The notes beneath the pieces are model-generated. The model saw only the letters and a program-made list of their open reading frames with translations, had not been told where the DNA came from and did no database searches. Below are positions 34,794 through 43,528 of a stretch of 64,000 bases of DNA, piece by piece. Position 1 is the stretch's first letter. The number at the start of each line of letters is the position of its first letter. This stretch comes from a virus, in the IMG/VR virus record IMGVR_UViG_3300029286_000020, positions 1-64,000 of that record. One strand, 5' to 3'. The position numbers and the translations under genes were made by a program.

Positions 34794-35381
34794 TCAGATG
34801 GAAGTGACAAGTTTTCGTTCGGGAGTCTGCTGCGTCGTGCGGCGGAGGGTACACTTGAACCCGACGAAGGAAGGGTTGTCAAACAGAGTACCGTCCTCTT
34901 GGACGTCGGTGATGGCGAAGTACAGGCCCGCCCCGGGGATGTTGAAGCCGTCCACCGCGAACTCGGTGTTGTAGTACGGCGTATCCCAAACACGGACAAT
35001 GTCTGTTTCGCTTGGTGCGAGCATGTTCACACGTTCGCACTCGGACCGTGGCAGCCACAGCTCGCCGTCGAACTGAGACGACAGACCCTCCATCGCAACG
35101 CCAGTCGTCTTGGCAAGAGTGACGAAGGCTTTCAGCAGATAAGGCCCAAGCCAAGCGCGCTTCACCGGCTCGTTGTAGACCGGGTCCACAATCGACTGAG
35201 AGATGTTCTGCGTGTAGTAGGCGATCGACGTGCCGATGATGTTGACGTGCTCGCTCGTGATGCAGTCGAACAGCGCCCGCTCGCAGTCACCGAGGGCGAA
35301 AGTCTCGCAGTCGCCCATCGGACGCACCGGCATGGTCGGTTGAGGGCAGAGGTAGTCCGAGATCGATTTACACTTGCTCAC
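34794..35381 (-). CDS. head closure / neck protein (T4 gp14-like)
   Basis: EHVNIIGTSIAYY, DPVYNEP, PSETDIV; follows the gp13-like gene. Confidence 0.7.
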   Translation of the reverse strand: MSKCKSISDYLCPQPTMPVRPMGDCETFALGDCERALFDCITSEHVNIIGTSIAYYTQNISQSIVDPVYNEPVKRAWLGPYLLKAFVTLAKTTGVAMEGLSSQFDGELWLPRSECERVNMLAPSETDIVRVWDTPYYNTEFAVDGFNIPGAGLYFAITDVQEDGTLFDNPSFVGFKCTLRRTTQQTPERKLVTSI

Positions 35382-35394
35382 AAGACCTCCCTCT

Positions 35395-35408
35395 GGACCA
35401 TATGGACC
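35395..35408 (+). repeat. 14-bp quasi-palindrome, copy 7 (GGACCATATGGACC)
   Basis: Read directly; between gp13-like stop and gp14-like SD. Confidence 0.9.
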
Positions 35409-35411
35409 CGA

Positions 35412-36248
35412 TCAGCCAACGATGAAACCAATCGGCATCGCGCTCTGGCCAATCTCTTCTTCGAGAATCTGCACCTCGCTCTCAGCCTCGCCGAGAAGCA
35501 CGCCTCCGTCGAGGCCCGTCGAACCACCCGCTGTTGGGTACGAGTCGTACTTTGACCGGATACGCCCAAGGTCGCGCTTCGCCATCGCCAGCGCGTAGCG
35601 ACGAACAAGGTCAAAGTCCCGCTGCTTCAGGTCGGTGATGCAGAACGAATTCGCCGTGTAGTAGACGAGCGCCTTGGGTGTCGTCGGAGACAGGCGTGTC
35701 GGCAGGATGTAGAGCTTCGTGTTCTCTTGCCGCCATTCCGGGTCCGCTCCGAGGACACGCTGGGCAGTCTGGGTGTACTGCTGGACCTGCAGCAAACTGG
35801 AGATGGGACCGCCGGTCTCTCCGCCTCCGCCGACTCCAATCCCGAACCCACCACCGTAGGCGAGAGGAACACCCAGATTCTCGTTGGGCCATGCCCATGC
35901 CCACGGAGAGGCGAGGGGGTTCATGTCGTAGTTGGAGAACGGGAAGACCACGTCCGTGACGACGTCGACGTCGCTTGGGAGGCAGTACTCCACGATGCTT
36001 GGGATGAGCTGCAAGTCGTAGCTCTTGATGTACCCCTTCTTTGCCGCAAACCAACGCAGCGCCTGCCCGATGTCGTCCATCAGGTGCGCTTCAGTCAGCT
36101 CGATTTTGAGAAGGGGAGCACCGAGGCGCCGGAGAATCCACAGCGCCATGTCGTCGGCGTCAACCTTCGTCGACGGCGAGATCCCACAGCTGCTGATGCT
36201 GATGCCGGTGCCACCGCCGCCGCCACATCCGCCACAGTCGTCAGCCAT
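35412..36248 (-). CDS. neck protein / head-tail adaptor (T4 gp13-like)
   Basis: WILRRLGAPLLKIEL, RYALAMAKRDLGRIRSKY, LDG..L..EA, PIGFIVG. Confidence 0.88.
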   Translation of the reverse strand: MADDCGGCGGGGGTGISISSCGISPSTKVDADDMALWILRRLGAPLLKIELTEAHLMDDIGQALRWFAAKKGYIKSYDLQLIPSIVEYCLPSDVDVVTDVVFPFSNYDMNPLASPWAWAWPNENLGVPLAYGGGFGIGVGGGGETGGPISSLLQVQQYTQTAQRVLGADPEWRQENTKLYILPTRLSPTTPKALVYYTANSFCITDLKQRDFDLVRRYALAMAKRDLGRIRSKYDSYPTAGGSTGLDGGVLLGEAESEVQILEEEIGQSAMPIGFIVG

Positions 36249-36265
36249 GAGGTCTCCTTCAGTGC

Positions 36266-36700
36266 CTATGCTTCAGGCGTGGGCTTCACCTTACGCGGTC
36301 GGCCTCCCTTGTTCTTCACGGGAGCGAGAGGCGCCGTCTCTACCATCGTATCGTTCAGCGATGGGTTTGCCGAATTGCTTTCGAGTTGAGTCGGGGCGGT
36401 CTCAACAGAAGCAGGCTCAGGTGGCATAGCATCGGCTGTGATGGGCGCTGGCTCATCGACCGGTACAGTCTCGCGAGCAGCGATGGCAAGAGCGTCGTGG
36501 ATGACTTGGATGGCCGCAGCCGCCGGAACCGACTGGTAGACCGGCTTCACTTCCACAGCCCCAATCTCGTGCAGCAGGTGCGGCGAGAAGTGCTGGTACT
36601 GGTCGCCTTCAAGGATGTCGACGTCGTGGACGCGACCGTGGCCGGGGACGATGACGACAGGGAGGTGAGGGTTTTTCCTGAAACGGCGAATGGCTGTCAT
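36266..36700 (-). CDS. hypothetical protein with C-terminal AT-hook-like GGRPRK
   Basis: ATGA-coupled start at 36700. Confidence 0.55.
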   Translation of the reverse strand: MTAIRRFRKNPHLPVVIVPGHGRVHDVDILEGDQYQHFSPHLLHEIGAVEVKPVYQSVPAAAAIQVIHDALAIAARETVPVDEPAPITADAMPPEPASVETAPTQLESNSANPSLNDTMVETAPLAPVKNKGGRPRKVKPTPEA

Positions 36701-37233
36701 GATTCCTCGTTGATGCTGCTTGCAACCGCCAGAAGCGAGTCGCGGAGGTCGGCGACACAAGCTTCCAGCAGGTCCAAGCGGGCGAAAGCCTCTTTGAGTC
36801 TCCGTGCCGTGTGGGATGGCGCAGCCCGGACTCTCAACTTGCGCGGAGGCGAGACGGGTTCGGGGATCGCCTCCGCCACTTCCGGCAGATCCTCCTCGTC
36901 CTCGTCCTCTTCGTCGTCCTCCTCGTCCTCCTCGTTTCGCTCAAAAGCAGATCTCAGCTCTGAGTACGACGGGGAGACAGCGCCCGTCGCCATCTCAGAG
37001 AGGGCTCGGATCTTCGCTTCGACGTCTTCATCCACCGGGACGATGGCTTCGTCTGGAGATGGCGGAGGCTCGGAAGCTGGAGAAAGAACTGGCGCAGGGT
37101 CGGATGGGAGTGAGAGCGTGGCGGTGCCTGCGACTTGTTCGGAAGTTACCGGCAGCGTGACGGCAGGAGCAGGCCGAAAAACCGCCCCCAACGCGCCGAG
37201 TTCCGTCATCACGCTGTTCAGGCGACCTATCAT
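36697..37233 (-). CDS. hypothetical Pro-rich/acidic protein
   Basis: GAGGAG SD before ATG at 37233. Confidence 0.55.
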   Translation of the reverse strand: MIGRLNSVMTELGALGAVFRPAPAVTLPVTSEQVAGTATLSLPSDPAPVLSPASEPPPSPDEAIVPVDEDVEAKIRALSEMATGAVSPSYSELRSAFERNEEDEEDDEEDEDEEDLPEVAEAIPEPVSPPRKLRVRAAPSHTARRLKEAFARLDLLEACVADLRDSLLAVASSINEES

Positions 37234-37286
37234 AGTTTGCTCCTCTCGCACTCATCGCGTGAGGCGCACACAAAGTCAACACGCCC

Positions 37287-37315
37287 AAAGAAAAACGACC
37301 CCGTGAGGGGCCGTT
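37287..37315 (-). terminator. intrinsic terminator closing the capsid + endonuclease transcript
   Basis: AACGGCCCC-TCAC-GGGGTCGTT then TTTCTTT on minus. Confidence 0.7.
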
Positions 37316-37337
37316 CTTCCTAGTCCGAAAGCCTCGT

Positions 37338-38327
37338 TCAGAGGACTTCAGCGACCTTGAAGCGGTCGTACTTCCGGGCCAGCCGCGTCTCAGGGGTCGA
37401 GTCGGCGTAGAGGAGGCGAACGACATCGCGGAAGACGTTCCCTGTGATGCGACTGCCGTGTGCTTCGCTGTGGCTCCCGTCTTTCCGCTCGTAGGGCATC
37501 GAATAGATTGAGTGGTGTGCGCGGAACACGTCGCGGATGATCCACGTCAAGAATGGAAGCGAACCGGAAGTGAGCTGCAAGGACGATCCGTCTGCCTCTG
37601 CGTGCCCGTCACCATCGAACACCCCTCGAATGTACGACCAGACAAAGGCACGGTCGAGCTGGGTCGGCGGCTGGATCGTCAAAGACTTCCGAGGCGTCAC
37701 GTTGAAGTTCAGAGCCAAGGCTTCTACCCACCGGGGACACGTCACGTTCAGCCATGCGTAGATGCGCCCCGTGTTGTTCGGGCGAAGTGTGATCGGTTGG
37801 TCCAGCCTCGCGGCTATCTTGAAGCGCTCCAGCAGCTCCCGGTCGTCAGGGTGAATGCCAAAGGAAAGGGTGTCGTTCTCCTCGTGGACACAGCCATCAG
37901 CGGCAGCGAAGCCTGCCCAATAGGCAGAGACGTGATTCACCTCTGCGAAGAAGTCCCGGTCGAAGAACTTGTACTTCTGACCCCGGTCGCGCTGTGCAGT
38001 CACCACACGGCGTCTTCGGAGGTGAGTGAACACAGGCGTGTACGAAACACCGAGGGCGGCGGCGATCTCGTAGATGGTTCGTTTCTCGACGGTGAAAAGG
38101 CGCACAGCCTCATCCACGTCGAAAGTTGGTCGCTGAGCCTCTTGTGGAGAACGAGTTTTCCCGTGGGTGCGCAAAGTGCGGCTTACGATCCCTTGGGAGA
38201 GGTTGTATCTCGCCGCCAAATCGGTCTGAATCGATCCTGCAGCGTACTCCGCTAAAAGCGATGCGCGAATCTCTGGAGTCACGCGCCCATAGGGTTTGCG
38301 GTTCTTCGATCCCAGTGGTCGGCCCAT
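37338..38327 (-). mobile_element. free-standing double-motif LAGLIDADG homing endonuclease with N-terminal HTH domains
   Basis: SAYWAGFAAADGCV and WSYIRGVFDGDG; GAGG SD before ATG at 38327; capsid gene upstream is uninterrupted. Confidence 0.88.
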
Positions 38328-38401
38328 AAACACCTCGGTCCGCCAACCCAAGAAGAGCTGGCGGACCAAGCGTAGCACACCTGATTAGAGGCGTAGTATT
38401 T

Positions 38402-39898
38402 CTACAAATTCGTGACGCGCATCTGGCCGTAGTATTCCGGGCGCAAGAGCTTCTTCGCGTAGCGGGTACGCATCGCCTTGCGGAGCGAGAAGTCGTTCGG
38501 GTCGAGGAAGGTCTGAGTGACCTGCAGGGGGATGTACGGAGCCCAGACGTATCCGGCGTCGAGGAAGCTGCCGCCCTTGAGGCCGATCAGCATCTGGTCG
38601 CGCTGGAAGAAGGGGTCTTCGTAGACCATCCACTTGTTCTGCAAGGTGCCGACCTTGTAGATGCCGAACTGGCCCTGCGAGGACAGGGGGCGGGGCATGT
38701 CCATCGGGCCGTAGGGCGACTCAGCGCCCGAGACGTAGGCCGCGCGGAAGTCACCGTGCGTGGTGAGCTGCGCGAGCAGGGCGCTCACGTCGGGGCTCGT
38801 CACGATGAAGTTCGCGGGCGCACGCAGGGTCTTCTTGTGGATCTGGTTCGAGACGGTCGAGATGACCGTGAGCATCGAGCGCAGGTGGTCGAGTTCGCTG
38901 ATGCCAGCCGGGGGCACGCGGTCGAACGAGCCGGTCGTCGACGTCGAGTTCTGGAAGAGGTCATCGATGATCTCGCGATCGATTTCGAGGGCCATTTCCT
39001 GAGCGACGGCGGAGACGATTTCCGTCTCAGCGTCGATGCCGTGGAAGGCGCGGAGGTCTTCAGCGGCTTCGCTGGACCACAGAGCCTTGAGGCGGCGAGG
39101 CTGGGCTTCGACCGGGGCCTTCTTCACGTCGAGCTTCATCGACGGGATCTTGGTGTTCAGTTCGCCGTCGTAGACGTAGAACGCCTTGATCTGGTTGCCC
39201 AGACCGCACGCGACGGTGAACCGGAAGCCGGAGATGGCGCCGTTCGCGTAGTTGAGGGCACCCGAGAGCACGTTGCCAGTGAAGCCACCGGCACCGTCAT
39301 CGGTCGCCTGCTGGACAACGGCACCCGTGATGACGTTGAACTCGCGGACGATGGTGGCGAAGCCATTCGAGGCGTTCAGCGGACGAACCGGGTTGAACGA
39401 CAGGGTGGACGAGAGCGGAGCGCCAGCGCCGCCGAAGTCAGCGCCGTTGCCGGTGCCGAGGATCTCGCCGTCGATCTTCTCGGACGTGTAGTTGCGGTCG
39501 AAGTCACGAGGGAAGACCTGACCGCGCTGGGTCGGGGCCTTGTTCGTGTCGTAGACGTAGTCGAGGAAGAACACGGCGCCGACCGAGGCCGTCATCGGCT
39601 GCACGGACACGATGTCGTGGGCGATGAGGTTCGGGAACACGCGACGGAGGACGGGGAAGATGAACTTCGTGAACGAGCCGACGTTCACGAGGCGAGTCTC
39701 TTCTTCGAGGCTCTGAAGGTGCTGCGACTCGTTCTCCATCAGCACGGCAGTGACGCCGAGGACGTAGCGGTCACGCTCCGTTCGGTCGGGCATGCCTTCC
39801 AGCAAGTCCTTCCACTTGCGAACGAGGGCACCGACGTAGGTCTTGTCGGCGATCGTGCGGGTCGAACCTTCGAGAACCATGTTGCGAGCTTCCATCAC
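38402..39898 (-). CDS. major capsid protein (T4 gp23-like)
   Basis: KWKDLLEG, LMENE, RRVFPNLIA, VSVQPM, RRLKALWS.EAAEDL, EIDREII, YVWAPYIPL, TRY. Confidence 0.97.
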   Translation of the reverse strand: MMEARNMVLEGSTRTIADKTYVGALVRKWKDLLEGMPDRTERDRYVLGVTAVLMENESQHLQSLEEETRLVNVGSFTKFIFPVLRRVFPNLIAHDIVSVQPMTASVGAVFFLDYVYDTNKAPTQRGQVFPRDFDRNYTSEKIDGEILGTGNGADFGGAGAPLSSTLSFNPVRPLNASNGFATIVREFNVITGAVVQQATDDGAGGFTGNVLSGALNYANGAISGFRFTVACGLGNQIKAFYVYDGELNTKIPSMKLDVKKAPVEAQPRRLKALWSSEAAEDLRAFHGIDAETEIVSAVAQEMALEIDREIIDDLFQNSTSTTGSFDRVPPAGISELDHLRSMLTVISTVSNQIHKKTLRAPANFIVTSPDVSALLAQLTTHGDFRAAYVSGAESPYGPMDMPRPLSSQGQFGIYKVGTLQNKWMVYEDPFFQRDQMLIGLKGGSFLDAGYVWAPYIPLQVTQTFLDPNDFSLRKAMRTRYAKKLLRPEYYGQMRVTNL

Positions 39899-39959
39899 AC
39901 TCTCCTTCGGGGGTTGAGCGGCTACACCGCCACTCTACAGATTGAACTCTAGCTGAACT

Positions 39960-41624
39960 TCAGCCTTTGATACCAGCCAAAGCGCGAACTCGATCGAGGC
40001 TGATTCCAAGACCCTGCCAGTTTTGGCCTTCGGCCATGGTCCGGCGGGTCCGGGGAGCTTCGGTCTCTTCCGAGATTTCCGTCGGCGTGCGCTCGACGCC
40101 GCCGTTCATACGGCCACGGATGCGGGCGCGGACCGACTGGAGGTCGTCCTCGTCACGCTCAACTTCGCGCTCACTCTCCACGAGGGAGTCAACCGCTCGG
40201 CGAGAGGACGGACGGGTGCTCTCCACGAGGCCACGGAGCTTGGTCGCCTTCGGATGGCTGGCAAGACGCTCCTCCGCGTAGAGGCGTGTCTCCAGTTCCT
40301 TTGTCGAACGCTTGGCTTCGGCGAGGTCATCTTCCAGTTCCAAGCGAAGGGCCTTCTCTTCGGCCATCTTCTTTTCCATCGCAGCCAACTTGGACTCGAC
40401 AGCGTCGCGCTGTTTCCGCTCGACCTTCCGAGCCTCTGCGACTTCCTTGGCCTTGGCTTCCTGCTCGACCTTCTTTGCCTCGGTCTTGCGGCTCATCTCA
40501 TCCTTGACCTCGGTGACACGCTGCTTGAGCGCATCCGAACTCTCGAAGCTCTTGAGGTCGCCGACAAGGGTTCGGATGGAGTCGGCGTCGGGGTCGTTGG
40601 CAACCATCTTCTCAAGGTAGAAGCGGTAGCCGACTTCCTTGGCCATCTCAGCGAGAGCCGTGTTTTCCGACTCCAGATCCTTCAGCTTGAGGTCACGTTC
40701 CGCCAACTGCTTCTGCAGGTCGCGGATCTCGACGTCCTTGCCACGAACGACCTCAGCGGCGTCTTCGGGGAGGAGGTACGGACGGAGGACACCACGCAGA
40801 GCTTCCAGCACGGCTTTGGCCTTGCCGATCTCCGGGTCTTCCATCATTTCCTTCCGCAGTTCATCGCGAACTGCGGCACGGACGGTCGAGAGGTTGTCGA
40901 GGATTGCCTTCGCGAAGTCGTCGCGGACATTGCGCGAACCGGAACCCTGCTTGGCGCCCATCTCACCTTCGATGCGTCGAGCAAACTCCTGAGCCTTCGC
41001 CGCATCGCCTTCGAGGGGTGCCTTCTTGGCAACCATCTCAGCCTCGATGCGCCGAGCGAACTCAATCGCCTTCTCCTGTTCAGCATCAGCGTCGAACTCC
41101 ACACCCTCGAACAGGGAGCGGCTTTCGCCCATCACTGGGTAGGCGTCTTGGTCAGCCGGGTCTGCGACGAAGTCGAAGGTGACCAGCTTGTAGTCATCCT
41201 GCACGATGTCGTTCCCGCTCTCGTTGGTCTTGACGCTGCCGAAGCCACGGCTGGAAACGCCAACGGGGACGTTCGACTTGAGGAGCGCGAGAAGGTTCTT
41301 CCCTGCCTCGGTCGGCATGATCTCCGCCTCACCGATCACGAGCCCGTCCTTGACGGAGAGGTCCGTGATGATGTGCGAGACGCGGGACAGCTTGGTCTGG
41401 CCATCGCTGGGATGGTCGATCTCGCCCATGACCCTGCGTTCCTTGAGAGCCTTGCCGAGCCGCTTCAGCTCCTTCTCCCAAACACCCTTCGGGTAGACGC
41501 GCTTGTTCTCGGTGGCGATGCCGCATTTGGCAAACTCACCTCGAACTTTGACGCGGCCACCCTCGCCTCCCTCAGCAAGAGAGAGGCGCACAATGGAAAC
41601 GTCGCTCAGAAGTGGCTTGGTCAT
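39960..41624 (-). CDS. prohead protease (T4 gp21-like) fused to coiled-coil scaffold
   Basis: NKRVYP, GEIDHP, GVSSRGFGS, FDFVADPA; long charged coiled coil; ends RVRALAGIKG. Confidence 0.93.
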   Translation of the reverse strand: MTKPLLSDVSIVRLSLAEGGEGGRVKVRGEFAKCGIATENKRVYPKGVWEKELKRLGKALKERRVMGEIDHPSDGQTKLSRVSHIITDLSVKDGLVIGEAEIMPTEAGKNLLALLKSNVPVGVSSRGFGSVKTNESGNDIVQDDYKLVTFDFVADPADQDAYPVMGESRSLFEGVEFDADAEQEKAIEFARRIEAEMVAKKAPLEGDAAKAQEFARRIEGEMGAKQGSGSRNVRDDFAKAILDNLSTVRAAVRDELRKEMMEDPEIGKAKAVLEALRGVLRPYLLPEDAAEVVRGKDVEIRDLQKQLAERDLKLKDLESENTALAEMAKEVGYRFYLEKMVANDPDADSIRTLVGDLKSFESSDALKQRVTEVKDEMSRKTEAKKVEQEAKAKEVAEARKVERKQRDAVESKLAAMEKKMAEEKALRLELEDDLAEAKRSTKELETRLYAEERLASHPKATKLRGLVESTRPSSRRAVDSLVESEREVERDEDDLQSVRARIRGRMNGGVERTPTEISEETEAPRTRRTMAEGQNWQGLGISLDRVRALAGIKG

Positions 41625-41827
41625 CAGTACCGTCTCCAGCGGAAGTTGCTTCGGAAAGGGGTCCGGGCCAGTTGGCCGGAGTCCTTCTTTTGCACCTTCC
41701 GTGCTTTGCGTCGAAAGGGGTTCAGGTCTCGTTTTTCAGCGCCGATCAGCTCACGTCTCCCGCTGGAGTACGAGGCACGACGATTCCGCCATGCCTCCTC
41801 CGTCGAGGACGAGTTCAGTCGTTTCCC
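41624..41827 (-). CDS. putative -1 frameshift extension of 41815..42492 (Arg-rich)
   Basis: G GGA AAC at 41821..41827; -1 frame open to TGA at 41624..41626, which overlaps the protease ATG. Confidence 0.6.
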   Translation of the reverse strand, partial: GKRLNSSSTEEAWRNRRASYSSGRRELIGAEKRDLNPFRRKARKVQKKDSGQLARTPFRSNFRWRRY

Positions 41828-42492
41828 GAGGTCTCTTCGACCTCTTCTTCGTCTTCGTCTTCGTTGTTGTCCTCGTAGAGGTCAACGGCGTCGAGGATGG
41901 TCTCCATCCCCTCGGCAAAGGCAGCGGCGACGTCCTCAGCGGACTCTTCGAGCTTGCCTTCGCTCATCGCGGTGGCGATGTCGGCGAATGACTCAGCAAT
42001 CTCGCTGAGTTCACCAACAAGGCTGGCGAACATGCGCTCGTCGCTGGCCTCGTACTCGTCGGCCTTCACCCACTCGGTGAAGATGCCAGCCAGCTTATCG
42101 GCGATGATGGCTGCGTTGGCGAACGACTTGAGGGTCTCGTTGGCGTCGACAGCCTCTTGGCGCGTGCCCTTCTGGATCGCCTTGGCCGTGACCTTCGCCA
42201 TGCGGCGCTGGCCCTTGGCGGACCGACGCATCTTGGCCTGCTTGCGAGCGGACTTCTTGCCGCTCGCCGAACGGCGCTGCTTCTTCGCGGCGAGGCGGTC
42301 AGCCATCGACGTCTTCTGCTGCTTGACCTTCTTGCCACCGCGCAGAGCGAACTTGATGCGGCCCGCCTCGTCGAGCACCTCTTCCTCTTCCTCCTTCGGA
42401 GCAACCGGAGCGGGGGTCGGAGCGGACTCACGGATGAGTCCGATCTTGCGGAAGTCTTCTTCAAGGGTGGTGACAACGATCTGGTTTCGCAT
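41815..42492 (-). CDS. prohead core / scaffold-like protein (basic middle, acidic end)
   Basis: GAGGAG SD; between portal and protease; K/R-rich segment and multiple xxE sites. Confidence 0.65.
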   Translation of the reverse strand: MRNQIVVTTLEEDFRKIGLIRESAPTPAPVAPKEEEEEVLDEAGRIKFALRGGKKVKQQKTSMADRLAAKKQRRSASGKKSARKQAKMRRSAKGQRRMAKVTAKAIQKGTRQEAVDANETLKSFANAAIIADKLAGIFTEWVKADEYEASDERMFASLVGELSEIAESFADIATAMSEGKLEESAEDVAAAFAEGMETILDAVDLYEDNNEDEDEEEVEETSGND

Positions 42493-42512
42493 CGGAACTT
42501 CTCCTCAAGGCG

Positions 42513-43433
42513 TCAAGTGAGACGCGCAACTGTTTTCGCCACGAAGGCACCGGCAACCTCGAATGAGGTTACTTCGGAAGCGACAGAATCGAACACCTTG
42601 GCGATCCGGTCAACAGAACCGAACTCAGCCACAGCCTCAACCACGAACTCTCGCACTTGAGTCACATCGGAAAGAAGGTCCGACGCGAACGCCTCCAGAG
42701 AGGTGATCGCCTCTTCCCCGCCTTCCTGAATCGCCTGCTCTCGGACGAGGCGGATGGCGTGCAGCGCCGATGTTGTGCTCGCTTCGACCGCCGACAGGCG
42801 GGAAAGGAGGTGCGCAACATCGTCTTGGACGAGCGCTTTGAAGGTGTCCATCTCAGCTTGTGCTGTGGACCCGTCGTAGAGTCGCCCGAACTTCGGCGCC
42901 ATAGGCGCTGGAAGTTTGTCCTCACCGAGGAACTTCTGAACCTTGTCAGCACGTTCGCTCAAGGTGGTCTTCCACAGAAGACCTTCACGGCTCTCTGCAA
43001 AGGACTTCAGGATGTCCTCGTCCGTCACAGACGAAGCTTGATCGACCAACGGAGCGAGCGCCACGATTTTTTCGTTGGCTTGGTCGACGAGCCCGCGCAA
43101 GAACAGGTCGGCTGCAGCGCGCGCTTCCTGTCGGATGAACCGATGCAGGTTCTTCTCAGTCACGACCGTGAGGTCAACGTCACTCGTCCCGGTGAAGTAG
43201 ACCTCACCAGACTCGCTCAAAGCGTACTTGACCCGGACCAACTCAGCTTCGCCGACGAGGGCAACGATGAAGCTTGGGAAAACTCCAAGCAGCTGGGCCG
43301 ACTGTCCTGCAAAGAGCTTGGAAGCTTCAGTGCGGAGGGCTGAAGTGACCCGAGCAGTCGTGTCCTGAAAAGAACCTGCCAAAAGTTGGGCAAGTTCAAT
43401 CGAAGGAACAAAAGGAAGGACGCTGCGGGTCAT
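42513..43433 (-). CDS. head-module hypothetical protein
   Basis: 306 aa, helical; between portal and core genes. Confidence 0.65.
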   Translation of the reverse strand: MTRSVLPFVPSIELAQLLAGSFQDTTARVTSALRTEASKLFAGQSAQLLGVFPSFIVALVGEAELVRVKYALSESGEVYFTGTSDVDLTVVTEKNLHRFIRQEARAAADLFLRGLVDQANEKIVALAPLVDQASSVTDEDILKSFAESREGLLWKTTLSERADKVQKFLGEDKLPAPMAPKFGRLYDGSTAQAEMDTFKALVQDDVAHLLSRLSAVEASTTSALHAIRLVREQAIQEGGEEAITSLEAFASDLLSDVTQVREFVVEAVAEFGSVDRIAKVFDSVASEVTSFEVAGAFVAKTVARLT

Positions 43434-43442
43434 TTGGGCCTC

Positions 43443-43471
43443 ACGCTATCGGGGGACGGAAGGGGCGTCAA
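43443..43471 (-). promoter_or_regulatory. sigma70-like promoter TTGACG-N17-TAGCGT
   Basis: Intergenic, just upstream of the 43433 start. Confidence 0.5.
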
Positions 43472-43528
43472 GGAACCGCGCGCTTCCGAAAGGAGTTTCA
43501 GGGCGGTTTTGCCCTGCGAGCGGAAACC

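Noticed and set aside
40950-41075. Duplicated KA.EFARRIE.EM.AK segment in the protease-scaffold
   Set aside because: Ordinary short in-frame duplication in a linker
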